A stretch of 64,000 bases of DNA from Deinococcales bacterium (GTDB taxonomy: Bacteria > Deinococcota > Deinococci > Deinococcales > JAAFIG01). Position numbers and translations under genes: made by a program. The notes below the pieces were generated by a model. That model saw nothing but the letters and a program-made list of their open reading frames with translations, did not search any database and had not been told where the DNA came from. The DNA is taken from assembly GCA_043778225.1 (NCBI GenBank), contig JAYWGM010000015.1, forward strand, positions 32,001-96,000, read 5' to 3'. How positions within the stretch are numbered: position 1 is the stretch's first letter; the number at the start of each line of letters is the position of its first letter. Shown here in pieces: positions 32,307 through 43,203 of this stretch.

Positions 32307-32894
32307 ATGGCAGATGCAACTTCTCGCAAAGAACAAATTTATAGAGCTTCGGCAAAACTCTTTTCGGAGCGCGGTTATCATGCCACCAGTATGCGTGATT
32401 TGGCTCAGGCGCTCGGTGTCCAAGGCGGGAGTTTGTACGCTCATATCTCGAGTAAAGAAGAATTGCTCTGGGAAATTGTCAATCGGGCTGCTGATGAATT
32501 CGATGCGGCGCTCGAGCCAATCCGCGACAGCCGCTTAAACGCCAGCGAAAAACTCCGCGCTGCCCTCGAGGCGCATTTTAAGGTGATTTCCTTAAACCGT
32601 GAAATTGTGACGGTCTTTTTTCATGAATGGAAGCATTTACCAATTGTCAAAATGGAAGAAATTACGGAGCGCCGTGCCAGTGTCGAACGGATTTACCGCC
32701 AAATTCTCGAGGAAGGCGTAAAAAATGGGCATTTTCGCAAAGACTTGGATTTTAGGTTAGCCAGTTTGCTGTCCTTATCGAGTGCCAATTGGACGTACCA
32801 ATGGCTCAATCCCAACGGGCGCTTATCGGCAAAAGAAGTCGCCGATTCTTTTTGTGCCATGCTCTTGGATGGATTTAAGAAGCCTCAGGGCTGA
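32307..32894 (+). CDS. TetR/AcrR-family regulator
   Basis: LFSERGYHATSMRDLA..GSLYAHISSKEELL. Confidence 0.92.
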   Translation: MADATSRKEQIYRASAKLFSERGYHATSMRDLAQALGVQGGSLYAHISSKEELLWEIVNRAADEFDAALEPIRDSRLNASEKLRAALEAHFKVISLNREIVTVFFHEWKHLPIVKMEEITERRASVERIYRQILEEGVKNGHFRKDLDFRLASLLSLSSANWTYQWLNPNGRLSAKEVADSFCAMLLDGFKKPQG

Positions 32895-33631
32895 ATTATA
32901 CCAATCATTCCACCGAACTCGCCGTCGTCGTCTCGAGTTTTGGGGATTCGCATCGCGGAAATACTGCCATCTAAGTACAGGGCGTTTTGGCATTTTAAGA
33001 TGTCGCGCATAAACATGGCGGTGTCGTAGAAATTGACCCAATCATCGCTAATCACCAAATGGACTTTTGATCTTGACTCGACCCCAATTATGTTGCGTGG
33101 CAAGCGATTAAAACTGTTTTTTTGAAAGGCGCTATGGATTTTGCCGTTTCTGACCAACATTGGACCAGACTGTGTTGCTTCGAGCGCAGCAGGGGCTAGG
33201 CGTTGATAGTCGAGCGTCTCGAGGATACGCGCCCCAGATTTCTCGAGAAAAAATACACCGTTGGGTTGAAGATAAAAATTGCCATAACCACTGCGCCGCG
33301 TTTTTAATGGATGCAGCACTTTTCCACGTTCGATGTGTAAGCCCAGTGGGGCTTGGGAAGTATCAAAAATCCCTGCATTCATGGCAGTCAACAAACGAAT
33401 TTTATTTTTTACAAGGTGTTTCTCGAGGTTTTTAAGGCTCGAGAATGGCTTGCCTTGCGGGTTTTTCCAAAACATTTTCAGTTGTACTTTGGTTAAGTCG
33501 GCACTGACTACCGTAAATCGTGTGCCATTGTACTCGAGTTGACGAATCTCAATCCCCAAAGTTTGCGGCGCGGCGCGGCTCGAGGTCATACCAAGAAAAA
33601 TAGAAATCAAGAAAAGGAATCGAATCGCCAC
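32885..33631 (-). CDS. Phosphodiester glycosidase / YigE-like exported protein
   Basis: Signal peptide, AMNAGIF, GNF.LQPNGVF, QSGPML, ALYLDG. Confidence 0.8.
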   Translation of the reverse strand: MAIRFLFLISIFLGMTSSRAAPQTLGIEIRQLEYNGTRFTVVSADLTKVQLKMFWKNPQGKPFSSLKNLEKHLVKNKIRLLTAMNAGIFDTSQAPLGLHIERGKVLHPLKTRRSGYGNFYLQPNGVFFLEKSGARILETLDYQRLAPAALEATQSGPMLVRNGKIHSAFQKNSFNRLPRNIIGVESRSKVHLVISDDWVNFYDTAMFMRDILKCQNALYLDGSISAMRIPKTRDDDGEFGGMIGIIQP

Positions 33632-33653
33632 GTCGCTCAGTTTAAGCCATGTT

Positions 33654-35123
33654 TTAATTTAAGACCAACTGCCCAACTCGTACCAGACCATCATCGCTTG
33701 GAATATCCTCAGGCAGAATGCTCGAAAGGGCTTGGTCAGAAATTTCATCGACGGTTTCTGCCACACGGTTGGCTTGTTGCTCGAGAATCCGTTCAAATAA
33801 ATTGCGGGCAAAGCGGGCATTGCCAAAGTTTTTAGCCGGGTTTTCGAGGGCGCGTTCAAAAATAAGTTGACAAATTTGACTGGCTCGAGGGTCGAGGACA
33901 TAACCATCATCGCTTGCCATCTTCTCGAGGATAACCAGCAGTTCTTCAGCTCGAAAATGCTTAAATTCAAAAAACCGATTGAACCTTGAGCGCACCCCCG
34001 GGTTGGACTCAAGAAAACGCTGCATTTCGTCGTGGTAGCCAGCAATCACGACACAAAGGCGGGTGCGCTGGTCTTCGAGCCGCTTTAATAGGGTTTCGAT
34101 CGCTTCATAACCAAAGTCGCGGTGTCCAGACTCACCATCGCGTGGCGCAAGGGCATAGGCTTCGTCAATAAACAGCACCCCATCGAGCGCTCGGTTGACC
34201 AATTCATCCACTTTCATGGCGGTTTGACCAATATAGCCAGCCACCAGACCAGCGCGGTCGGTTTCGATTAAATGCCCGCGTTTCAAAAAACCAAGCTGTT
34301 TATAAAGCCGCCCGACCAGCCTTGCGACTGTGGTTTTTCCTGTACCCGGAGGTCCGGTCAAGACCAAATGGAGGCTCATATCGGCGGTTTTTAAGCCGCG
34401 TTCTTTGCGCTCGAGTTGAACTCGTAAAAAGTTTTTGAGGTGCTTAAAACTCTGCTTAATTTCGCCTAAACCAATTAAGGTCTCAAGTTCAGCCGTGACG
34501 GACTCGAGTGAATCGGTATCGAGCGCTTCTAAGGCTGCTCCTTCTGGCAAAGGTGGCGGGGTATCGCTCGGGTCGTTGGTGCTGATAAATAAACTATGGA
34601 AAGCAACTTTATTGGCATGATAAACCACAAAGCCAGTATTTTTCCCGCTCACTTCTAACAATTCGCCAGCCCCATGGGTATGCACGACTGTGCCATTGAT
34701 TAAAAAAGAAATGTTTTCGCCTTGGCGCTGTAGCTCGAGCAGATTGACTGCATTCCACTGATAAATCACTTCTGTACGAGTCCAAGCCACAATCACTTGA
34801 TATTCGCCATTTTTATATTTGGCAATCCGAAAATGTCCATCGCCTGAAATCACAAATTCAAAGCAATTATTGGCGTTTTCTACACCCCACAAAATGCCGT
34901 AGCCGTTGTTGTCCACGCCCTCGAGTTTTTGGGTCACCAAATGTAAACGAAAGGCGGGTTTATCGTAATAATCGCCACAGTCTTTCCAAACCATCCAACT
35001 GCCTTCGGCTCGACGATGCTCAAAAACATAGCGCTCTGGCTCGAGCCGCAAAATATAATCGGCGGTTTCTCCAGTAAACCAGGCGTGCTGATTATCAGCA
35101 AAACGATCCTCGAAAATCACCAT
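33654..35123 (-). CDS. SpoVK/CbbX-family AAA+ ATPase with beta-sandwich N-terminal domain
   Basis: GPPGTGKTTVAR, LFIDEAY, SNPG..SRF, FGNARFARN. Confidence 0.88.
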   Translation of the reverse strand: MVIFEDRFADNQHAWFTGETADYILRLEPERYVFEHRRAEGSWMVWKDCGDYYDKPAFRLHLVTQKLEGVDNNGYGILWGVENANNCFEFVISGDGHFRIAKYKNGEYQVIVAWTRTEVIYQWNAVNLLELQRQGENISFLINGTVVHTHGAGELLEVSGKNTGFVVYHANKVAFHSLFISTNDPSDTPPPLPEGAALEALDTDSLESVTAELETLIGLGEIKQSFKHLKNFLRVQLERKERGLKTADMSLHLVLTGPPGTGKTTVARLVGRLYKQLGFLKRGHLIETDRAGLVAGYIGQTAMKVDELVNRALDGVLFIDEAYALAPRDGESGHRDFGYEAIETLLKRLEDQRTRLCVVIAGYHDEMQRFLESNPGVRSRFNRFFEFKHFRAEELLVILEKMASDDGYVLDPRASQICQLIFERALENPAKNFGNARFARNLFERILEQQANRVAETVDEISDQALSSILPEDIPSDDGLVRVGQLVLN

Positions 35124-35208
35124 GGGTCTATTCTACAAAGTTTTTGGCACAATTTTTTCTCATCCGATTTTGGTGGCAGACGATAAGAAATTTCGGTAAG
35201 CTCTGCCG

Positions 35209-35658
35209 ATGAGATTTTTTCTAATGGTTTTTTTGGCTTTTCTAGCGGTTTCTTGTACGCCCAATGAGCGAATTGTTTCTGAGATACCAAGTTATGCGGG
35301 GATTTATGCCCGAATCACGATTGAAGGTGCGGACTCCATCGAAAGTTTGACCCAAATTACGGTTTCAATGCGAGAAAAAGCAGCGGGTCATGGTTTTATT
35401 TTTCGGGCATATAACTCGGGCAGCACCTCGGTCAATGCCTTATGGATTCGGGTGGCTGGTCAACAGGCACAGACTTATTTTCGAGCAGATGAAATTCGTG
35501 AAAACGACAAGAAAAACCGTGTCGTATTTACCCTCCTGACCGACCCAAGCCCACCACCCTTAAAAGAAGTTTTTAACGACAGCCTTGGCTCACTGCTTTC
35601 TGATTTGGCAGACCGCTTAAAGTTGCCGCTCAGTCAATTTAAGGTCGAACTGAGGTGA
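35209..35658 (+). CDS. Hypothetical lipoprotein
   Basis: Lipobox LAVSC. Confidence 0.7.
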   Translation: MRFFLMVFLAFLAVSCTPNERIVSEIPSYAGIYARITIEGADSIESLTQITVSMREKAAGHGFIFRAYNSGSTSVNALWIRVAGQQAQTYFRADEIRENDKKNRVVFTLLTDPSPPPLKEVFNDSLGSLLSDLADRLKLPLSQFKVELR

Positions 35659-36185
35659 AAATTTTGGCACTCGAGACCAGCACCCCGTTTTTGGTCTTGG
35701 GTTGGCTGGATGGCAGCAATCAGCGCGAACAAGCACACCCTGTTGAACGCGCCCATGCCGAGCAAATATGCAACCATCTCGAGCAATTTAATGTGCCTCG
35801 AGCCGATTTAATTGCAGTTGGGGCTGGACCCGGTTCATACACTGGGGTGCGTCTGGCTGCCAGTTTTGCCCTTGGTTTGGCTCGAGCTTGGAACGCCAAA
35901 GTGGTGCGTGTCCCAACCCTAGAAGCCATAGCAGTCCAAGAAACTGGCATTGTGGCGGTCAGTGTCAATGCTTTTCGGGGCAATGTCTACAGTGCAATTT
36001 ACGAAGTTGGCTCGAGTCTGACCACCCTTGTGCCACTCGAGAAACGCCCACGTGCCGAATTTCAAGCCCTGATTCCAGTTGGGGCGCAGCATCTCGAGGA
36101 TGTCGCCCCGTCTGGAATTGGTTTAGCCCAACTTGCCCAAAAGAGACTGGTCTCGGGTCAGAACCTCGAGTTGCTGTATTTATAA
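35655..36185 (+). CDS. tsaB: tRNA t6A biosynthesis protein TsaB
   Basis: ILALETS, GPGSYTGVR. Confidence 0.92.
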   Translation: MKILALETSTPFLVLGWLDGSNQREQAHPVERAHAEQICNHLEQFNVPRADLIAVGAGPGSYTGVRLAASFALGLARAWNAKVVRVPTLEAIAVQETGIVAVSVNAFRGNVYSAIYEVGSSLTTLVPLEKRPRAEFQALIPVGAQHLEDVAPSGIGLAQLAQKRLVSGQNLELLYL

Positions 36186-36611
36186 CTAGCTGCCCCGACC
36201 GACCGTACTTTTATCGCTCGGTTTCTCGAGGGCAGTGCCAGTCGCGTTCATCTCTGAGCGCCCACTAAAAACCGCCCCAGATTCGATGTCGAGGGCTGTG
36301 GCTTTGACATCGCCAATCAGTTTGCCGCTTTTGGTGATTGTGATTTTGCCTTTGGCGACCACATTGGCTTTGACACTGCCATGCAGAATTAAGTTATCGC
36401 ATTCGATATTTTCGCCTTCAACGGCTGCGCCCGCCGAAATCTCGAGGTTGCCTTTTATTGCCACATTGCCATTGACGTTGCCATCGCAACGCATTGCACC
36501 ACTCGAGACCACATCGCCTTTGATGATTGTGCCTTTTTCGATGTAGGTGTAGCCAGCCCCTTGGGCGTTGGCTGCTTGGTTTTTTTGTTGCTGGTTGCCG
36601 CGTCCAATCAT
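36186..36611 (-). CDS. Bactofilin (polymer-forming cytoskeletal protein)
   Basis: Repeated I.G.V beta-helix motifs, IESGAVFSG; start placed at MIGRG. Confidence 0.85.
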   Translation of the reverse strand: MIGRGNQQQKNQAANAQGAGYTYIEKGTIIKGDVVSSGAMRCDGNVNGNVAIKGNLEISAGAAVEGENIECDNLILHGSVKANVVAKGKITITKSGKLIGDVKATALDIESGAVFSGRSEMNATGTALEKPSDKSTVGRGS

Positions 36612-36631
36612 GATTCTCTCCAAAAAGTGGT

Positions 36632-37606
36632 TCAACGAGGTAGCTCGAGGCTATCAAATTGAGGACGTTGACGATTTAAGAAACTGCTGGGGTTAATCGG
36701 GGTGTTACCCACTCGGACTTCGTAATGCAGATGTGGTCCAGTGCTGTTGCCCGTGCTGCCAACCAAGCCAATCAGGTCGGTACTCGAGACTTGTCTGCCA
36801 GCCTTGACATTGAGTTTAGAAAGATGCCCATACAGGGTCTTATAGCCGTAGCCATGATTAACCACGATATGCAGTCCATAGCCAAGGCTGCTCCAGCCAG
36901 CCGTCTCGACCACACCCGGGGCAGTCACGCGCACATCTGCGCCGAGGTTGGTAGCAATATCCCAGCCAGTGTGCTTTTCGATTCGCCCATTGCGTGGCGA
37001 GGCTCGAGTGCCAAATCTAGAAGTGATTCTGCCGAGGGTGGGAAAACCTGCTGGGATAGCCGCTTCTTGGCGCATCTTGTCATCAAGCGGGACGAGGGTT
37101 TTGGCAAAACGTCTGTCGGATTGTTGCAGTAAATCATCGAGGGCAGTAAGCAATAAAAAAGGGTCTTTAATCTCGAGGTTGCTTGCGCCGCCGCCCGGTT
37201 TTAGGCTGGTTCGCTCGATTTTCGAGACCCCTGCACGATTTTCGACCGCGCCAAGCCGAGTTTCAAGCTCGAGTAAGCGTGTACCAAAGACTTGAGTTTT
37301 GCGGCTGAGGGCTTCAACTTTGCCTTTTTCAAGCCCAAGTTGGCGCTCGAGGCTGGCTTTGTCGAGTTGTAGCTTGGTTTTTTCGGCAAATAAGGCAATG
37401 TTGGTCTGGACACTGGCAGCCAAAAGTAAGGGTGCGCCAACTGCACCAATCCCAATACATAAGCCAAGCACCGCCACAACCGCCAACCATGTCCAACGAA
37501 AGCGCAAACGGTGCGATTGTCCACTGTCTGGAATCACCAAGACGGTCATGCCACTTTTGGTGGTTTTACGTTTAATCAGGCTATCGGTCGGTTTTTTCCA
37601 GAACAT
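36632..37606 (-). CDS. M23 metallopeptidase with N-terminal TM segment and coiled coil
   Basis: HTGWD, YGHL, STGPHLHYEV. Confidence 0.92.
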   Translation of the reverse strand: MFWKKPTDSLIKRKTTKSGMTVLVIPDSGQSHRLRFRWTWLAVVAVLGLCIGIGAVGAPLLLAASVQTNIALFAEKTKLQLDKASLERQLGLEKGKVEALSRKTQVFGTRLLELETRLGAVENRAGVSKIERTSLKPGGGASNLEIKDPFLLLTALDDLLQQSDRRFAKTLVPLDDKMRQEAAIPAGFPTLGRITSRFGTRASPRNGRIEKHTGWDIATNLGADVRVTAPGVVETAGWSSLGYGLHIVVNHGYGYKTLYGHLSKLNVKAGRQVSSTDLIGLVGSTGNSTGPHLHYEVRVGNTPINPSSFLNRQRPQFDSLELPR

Positions 37607-37641
37607 CGCCCGTAGAGTCTAGCCTAAAATTTGGCTGGGGG

Positions 37642-37890
37642 CTAGGTTTTTTGCACACGCCAAGCCTCGGGAATACTTTGACTCGAGACCAAGAGAATTT
37701 CGGCTTGGTACTGGGCTGTGCCATCGCGCAACATGGTATTGAGTTCTCGTTCAATATTTTGCTGAATTCGGCGCAGCATCGTGCTTTCGGTATTTTCTAG
37801 TCCGCGAGATGCCAAAAAGTCACGGTGAAACTTAGGGAGTTCTTCGAGCGGAATGCTTGCTTCTAGTTTGCGCCAATCTATCCATTGCAT
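37642..37890 (-). CDS. Hypothetical protein
   Basis: 82-aa ORF with TAGACT 7 nt upstream of the ATG. Confidence 0.55.
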   Translation of the reverse strand: MQWIDWRKLEASIPLEELPKFHRDFLASRGLENTESTMLRRIQQNIERELNTMLRDGTAQYQAEILLVSSQSIPEAWRVQKT

Positions 37891-38055
37891 AAGTTCAGTC
37901 TAGTCTATGAAAATTTAATCAGCATAAACTTTTCACGAATTAGATAATCGTGAATCTATTCACATAACTATATCAGTTCTTTTGAGCTTCTTAGCATCAA
38001 GATTTCCAAATAAGAGGTGTGGTACAAATCTATCAAAACAGGTATAGTGCTGCTC

Positions 38056-38784
38056 GTGGCAGATGACAAAGATCGTCCGGTGTACGTCATCAGCGTGGCA
38101 GCCGACCTCGTGGAGATGCACCCGCAAACCTTGCGATTATATGAGCGCAAGGGCTTAATTCGTCCTGGGCGCTCGAGTGGCAAGACCCGCTTGTACTCCG
38201 AGCGCGACATCGAATACTTGCGCGAAATTCGTCGGCTTACCCAAGAACTTGGTGTGAACTTGGCGGGGGTCGAAGAAATCATGAAGTTGCGCTTTGAACT
38301 TGACGAAGTGCAGACCAAATTTGAAGGCGAAATTTATCGGCTCGAGGGGGCAATTCGTGCTGAATTCGATGCCCAAATTGCCAGCGTTGAGTCCGACGAC
38401 CCCAAAGACAAAGGCGTTTTTGTGATTAGTGTAGCTGCCGACTTGGTGGATATGCACCCACAGACCTTGCGCCTTTATGAGCGTAAAAACCTGATTCGCC
38501 CCAAGCGCTCGAGTGGTAAAACCCGTTTGTATTCCGAGCGCGATGTGCTGCACTTAAAAGACATCAAACGCCTGACCCAAGAACTTGGCGTAAATCTGGC
38601 TGGCGTAGAAGAAGTGATGCGTTTGCGCTTTGAACTCGATGATGCCCAAGACCGACTCGAGCGCGAAGCCTTGCGTCTGCAACAAGAAATTGCCGACCGC
38701 ATCGAACTGATGAAAGGTCATTCGTTGCCATCTTCAAAACCACCACCTAAAACAAAGCCTAAACGCAGTAAAAAGATAACTTAG
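38056..38784 (+). CDS. hspR: Heat-shock repressor HspR, tandem-fused type
   Basis: Two copies of [21 protein letters not shown]...GVNLAGV; GTG start after TATAGT. Confidence 0.85.
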   Translation: MADDKDRPVYVISVAADLVEMHPQTLRLYERKGLIRPGRSSGKTRLYSERDIEYLREIRRLTQELGVNLAGVEEIMKLRFELDEVQTKFEGEIYRLEGAIRAEFDAQIASVESDDPKDKGVFVISVAADLVDMHPQTLRLYERKNLIRPKRSSGKTRLYSERDVLHLKDIKRLTQELGVNLAGVEEVMRLRFELDDAQDRLEREALRLQQEIADRIELMKGHSLPSSKPPPKTKPKRSKKIT

Positions 38785-40097
38785 GCTTGGCGCTCGAGCC
38801 ACCAGCCAAGCTCGAGGGCGGTGCTGTCGTCACCTCGAGCCGCCACAATTTGTAAACCTACGGGTAAGCCAGATTCGCTGGTAAACGGCACAGAAAGTGT
38901 TGGTAAGCCCACCAAACTAAAAGGTAAGGTCAGTTCGATAAAAGCATCGCGGTGTGTTTTTATGCCAGACTCGAGCAGCACTTCTTGTGTGCCGCGAATC
39001 GGTGCAGCCAGTGGCGCAGTTGGTAGCACCAGTGCATCTATTTGGTGCAGTGTGTTCTCGAGTCCAGAGCGCACCAAACGGCGTTCGGTTCGAGCTTGTA
39101 AGTAGGCACTGACGGTGGTCTGTCTCCCAGCTTCAAGGGCGGGTAGGATATTTACCGAAAAGCTTTGTGGCTCACTTTCCAATGCCAGACGATGCACAAA
39201 AGCGGCTTCTGCCCGAACAATCGTGCTGTAGCAACCACTGGCTAAATCCAGATGCTCGGGTTGCACATCAATAATCGTTGCGCCAGCTTTTTTGAATTGC
39301 TCGAGTTTGGCTTCAAAATCAGTCCTGACCGAATCTCCTAGCCGTCCCTCGAGCCAATGCCGTGGTACACCGAGCCGAATTCCTGCTAAGTTGTTGAGGT
39401 GGCGCAACGGCAAATTGCGGTGCGCCAAAACCTCAAGCATCGTGTGGGCATCGGTCACAGAGTTGCTTAAAATCCCAGCGTGGTCACAGGTGGTGCTTAA
39501 ATTCAGTGCGCCATCCAGAGGAATCCAGCCAAAGGTTGGCTTAAAGCCAACAATCCCACAAAAACTGGCTGGAATTCGCACCGAGCCACCCGTATCCGAA
39601 CCCAAACTGGCAAGCCCAACCCCTAAAGCCACCGCCGCCGCACTGCCACTGCTCGAGCCTCCAGCTTGTCGGGTTGAGTCGAGTGGATTTTTAACATCGC
39701 CCGTGGCGAAATTCTCGCCAGTAATCCCCAAAGCAATTTCGTGCATATTGACTTTTCCAAGAATAATCGCGCCAGCCTCGATTAGATTCTGTACGGCGGC
39801 CGCATGGCGATTTGGATTTTGAAATTCGACTGGTAAATTGGCTCGAGTTCCGCCCTTGGTCGGCATTTGCGCTACATTAAATAAATCCTTGACCGTGATT
39901 GGAATACCATGCAATGCGCCCGATGTTGGCTGTGCATCGGCGGCTTTGGCGGCGGCTCTGGCTTGGTCGGCAGCTAAATAGGCAAATATGTTTGTGTCAG
40001 TCTGCTTCTGGGCGTTCTCGAGGGCAGTTTCGACCAGTTCTAGGCTGGTAATTTTTCCGACGGCTAAATCGGCTCGGGTTTCTAAAATAGATTTCAT
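38781..40097 (-). CDS. Amidase-signature family enzyme
   Basis: [19 protein letters not shown]. Confidence 0.92.
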   Translation of the reverse strand: MKSILETRADLAVGKITSLELVETALENAQKQTDTNIFAYLAADQARAAAKAADAQPTSGALHGIPITVKDLFNVAQMPTKGGTRANLPVEFQNPNRHAAAVQNLIEAGAIILGKVNMHEIALGITGENFATGDVKNPLDSTRQAGGSSSGSAAAVALGVGLASLGSDTGGSVRIPASFCGIVGFKPTFGWIPLDGALNLSTTCDHAGILSNSVTDAHTMLEVLAHRNLPLRHLNNLAGIRLGVPRHWLEGRLGDSVRTDFEAKLEQFKKAGATIIDVQPEHLDLASGCYSTIVRAEAAFVHRLALESEPQSFSVNILPALEAGRQTTVSAYLQARTERRLVRSGLENTLHQIDALVLPTAPLAAPIRGTQEVLLESGIKTHRDAFIELTLPFSLVGLPTLSVPFTSESGLPVGLQIVAARGDDSTALELGWWLERQA

Positions 40098-40159
40098 GCC
40101 ATTATCGTACTAGAATTGGGTTAAAACAGTTCACAATTAAATAAGTTAGACTGACCACG

Positions 40160-41443
40160 ATGAAAGCGGTATTAAAATTCGTATTGATGGTGTTTGTTTT
40201 GGCTGGGTTGGCATTGGCGCTGCAACAGCACCAAGAACCGCTTGCACCGTTACCAGAAGATAATGCTGAACTGACGGTTTGGAGTGTTGCTCCCGGACTC
40301 GATGAAATCGGACAGTTGTTCCAATCGCGTCACAATATCAGATTGCAAATTCGCACCTTTAACAGTGGTACTGAATTGTATAAAAGTCTGCAACTTGCTC
40401 TTAAAAACGGCGAAGCAACCCCAGATGTGGCACGGGTTGAGTACGCTTTTCTTCCTTGGTTACAGCGCCATAACGGCTTACTCGAGTTACCCAAAACCCC
40501 AGATTTTTTTGCGCCATGGGCAGCCGCTCAAGTTTCTAGCCTCGGGGCGGTTTATGCTGTGCCGCAAGACATCGGAGCAATGGCATTGGTCTACCGCCAA
40601 GATATTTTTGAGCGCTACAACGTAACTGCACCACGCACTTGGGCAGATTTTGCAAGAATTGGCGAAACCTTGGCTGCCCGCAGCAATAACCAAATTAAAC
40701 TGACCAATTTTGACCGCTCGAGTTTGTTTTTGGCTTCTTTGGTTTGGGCGCAAGGTGGGCAATTCTGGACTCGAGACCAAAGCGGCTATACCCAAACCCT
40801 CGATACGCCAATTTCGAGACAAGTTTTAACGTACTGGGGTGGTTTAATTCGTAAAAATATCGTCAGCACCACCGCCGAGTACAGCGTTGAACATTGGAAT
40901 GCACTTCGCAGTGGGCGTTTGGCTTCTGCCATCGTGCCAGCTTGGGCGCTTGGCGCATATGCCCGTAACCTCGAGCCAGCCATTGCCAAAGGTGCAGTCT
41001 ATCGCTTAGCGGCTTTGCCTAGTGCTGGGCGCAGCAGCACTGGAAATTTGGGCGGCTCGAGTTTGGTGGTCGCTAAAGCCACAAAGTACCCAAAAGCAGC
41101 CACGGCTTTTGCTTTGTTTGCCGCCACATCTGCCGAAGCCATCACCCAGCTTTGGACACAAGAAGCCCGTTTACCTGCCATGAAAACTGGTTTTGATTTA
41201 CTCGAGACGACCCAAGCAGCCACGGTGGTTTTTGAAGAAAATCCAGCTAAAATTTACGAAGCCGCCTCTAAAGTCATTCCAGAGCGTTTTGAATGGTCGC
41301 CGTGGTTGCCGACGGCTGATGCGGTCTACCGTAAACTCTTTGATGCGGCACTCGAGAATAAAATTTCTTTTGGGCAACTCTCAGCCCTTTGGCAAAATCA
41401 AAGCCTCGAGTTGGCATGGCGAGAAGGTTTTGCGGTGCGTTAG
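40160..41443 (+). CDS. Sugar ABC transporter substrate-binding protein
   Basis: Signal peptide, PDVARVEY, YAVPQDIG, GGSS. Confidence 0.8.
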   Translation: MKAVLKFVLMVFVLAGLALALQQHQEPLAPLPEDNAELTVWSVAPGLDEIGQLFQSRHNIRLQIRTFNSGTELYKSLQLALKNGEATPDVARVEYAFLPWLQRHNGLLELPKTPDFFAPWAAAQVSSLGAVYAVPQDIGAMALVYRQDIFERYNVTAPRTWADFARIGETLAARSNNQIKLTNFDRSSLFLASLVWAQGGQFWTRDQSGYTQTLDTPISRQVLTYWGGLIRKNIVSTTAEYSVEHWNALRSGRLASAIVPAWALGAYARNLEPAIAKGAVYRLAALPSAGRSSTGNLGGSSLVVAKATKYPKAATAFALFAATSAEAITQLWTQEARLPAMKTGFDLLETTQAATVVFEENPAKIYEAASKVIPERFEWSPWLPTADAVYRKLFDAALENKISFGQLSALWQNQSLELAWREGFAVR

Positions 41444-41497
41444 GCTTAGCTCATAAAACCACATTCTTTACTGCCTATCTCGAGGTAGAATCAAGGC

Positions 41498-42556
41498 GTG
41501 GGAATTCTTGTCTGGCTGATTATTATTAACGTCGCGGTTTTTGTTCACGAACTCGCCCATTATTTGGCGGCTCGAGCGCAAGGGGTGAATGTTAAGGCGT
41601 TTTCAATTGGCATGGGTCCGATTTTATGGCGGCGAGATTGGAAAAACACCGAATGGCGGGTTTCTTTGCTGCCAATTGGTGGCTATGTGGATATAGATGG
41701 TTTAGCCCCAAACCAATACGACGACCAAGGCAGACCAATTCCACCAACCCATGGTTTTGCTCGTCTGGGCTATTGGGGTAAATTTGCAGTTTTGTTTGCA
41801 GGACCACTTTCTAATATCATTTTAGCAGTGCTTATTGTTGGATTTGCGTTTTTGGGACAAGGCAAAGCAATTTTAGGGGAACGAATCCAGCTTGGGGTAC
41901 AACCCGCCTCTCAAGCCGAAAAAACAGGTCTTCGAACCAACGATTTTTTACTTAAAATCAACGGTCAAGTCGTCAAAGACACCGATACAGTCCGCGCTCA
42001 TTTACAGACCAATGGTCAGCGTATTTTTACGATTGAACGGGCTGGGAAAATTCTCGAGGTCAAGTTTGATTGGACACCGACCGTTTTCCCAGAACAAACC
42101 CGTCCCAAATTTGGGGTCTCGATTGGGCGTGAAGCGCGCTATGAGCCAATGCCGATTGGTGAAGCCTTTGGACAAAGTGCCACGACCTTAATCGGTGGGA
42201 TTCCACAGTTTATAGAAGCCATTGTTGGCGGCATTTTCCGCACGGTCACATTGCAGCGCGATGAAAATTTGCAGGGTCCAGTTGGAGCGGTCAGTGCCAC
42301 CGCCGAAGTTGCACGCCAAGGATTTTTTCCAGTCTTGTTCTTGGCTGGCGTAATTAACCTGTCTTTGGGTCTTTTTAACCTTTTACCAATACCTGGCTTA
42401 GATGGCGGTCGAATTCTACTCTCGAGCATTGTGGCTTTGCGCCGTAAGCCTTTTGCGCCCGGACAAGAAGAAAAAATTAACTTTGCTGGCTTTATTTTTG
42501 TGATGGTCTTTATTCTCTTGGTGACTGTCCAAGATATTAGTAAATTGGTGCGATGA
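41498..42556 (+). CDS. rseP: M50 site-2 protease with PDZ domain (RseP-like)
   Basis: HELAH, NLLPIPGLDGG. Confidence 0.88.
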   Translation: MGILVWLIIINVAVFVHELAHYLAARAQGVNVKAFSIGMGPILWRRDWKNTEWRVSLLPIGGYVDIDGLAPNQYDDQGRPIPPTHGFARLGYWGKFAVLFAGPLSNIILAVLIVGFAFLGQGKAILGERIQLGVQPASQAEKTGLRTNDFLLKINGQVVKDTDTVRAHLQTNGQRIFTIERAGKILEVKFDWTPTVFPEQTRPKFGVSIGREARYEPMPIGEAFGQSATTLIGGIPQFIEAIVGGIFRTVTLQRDENLQGPVGAVSATAEVARQGFFPVLFLAGVINLSLGLFNLLPIPGLDGGRILLSSIVALRRKPFAPGQEEKINFAGFIFVMVFILLVTVQDISKLVR

Positions 42557-43203
42557 ATCCAGAGCCGCAACCAAAGATGATTACGGTTTTGATTCCGGCT
42601 TTTAATGAAGCCAAAACTGTGGCAAATGTGGTTCAGGTGGCTCGAGAAGCTGGTTTTTTGCAGATTTTTGTAATCAGCGACGGCAGCACTGACCAAACCG
42701 TGATTCAGGCTAAAAATGCTGGTGCAAAGGTTCTTGAACTCTACCCAAATCAGGGTAAAGGAGCAGCCGTCAAAGCTGGCGCATTGCAAGCCACGAGTCA
42801 GTATTTACTGCTGCTCGATGCGGATTTACTTAAACTCGAGGTGCAACACCTACACGCCATGCTCGAGCCAGTCCAACGTGGGCAAGCCGATACCACGGCT
42901 GGGCTTTTTGTTGGTGGTGGTGCAATCACCGATTTTGGCAACCGAGCCACACCACAATGGAGCGGACAACGCCTGATTCCACGCCAAACGATTTTATCAG
43001 CTAGAAACCTCGAGACGGCTGGCTATGGCATCGAAGTGGCAATCAATGACCAGATTGCGCTCGAGCAATTAAGACTCGAGTACATAGACTTAAAAGGTGT
43101 CTCGCAGGTGATAAAAGAGCAAAAACTAGGGCTGATTGCTGGTTTAGCCCGCCGTCTTAAAATGTACTGGCAAATTCTGCGCTACAGCACCAGCAAACGC
43201 TAA
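42553..43203 (+). CDS. Glycosyltransferase family 2
   Basis: IPAFNE, DGSTD, GKG, DAD. Confidence 0.9.
   Translation: MNPEPQPKMITVLIPAFNEAKTVANVVQVAREAGFLQIFVISDGSTDQTVIQAKNAGAKVLELYPNQGKGAAVKAGALQATSQYLLLLDADLLKLEVQHLHAMLEPVQRGQADTTAGLFVGGGAITDFGNRATPQWSGQRLIPRQTILSARNLETAGYGIEVAINDQIALEQLRLEYIDLKGVSQVIKEQKLGLIAGLARRLKMYWQILRYSTSKR

Noticed and set aside
36186..37606. M23 peptidase-bactofilin pair as a new system
   Set aside because: A widely known cell-shape gene pairing.
38056..38784. Tandem duplicated MerR domain as a novelty
   Set aside because: Matches the fused-dimer HspR type I recall from Deinococcus; treated as known.
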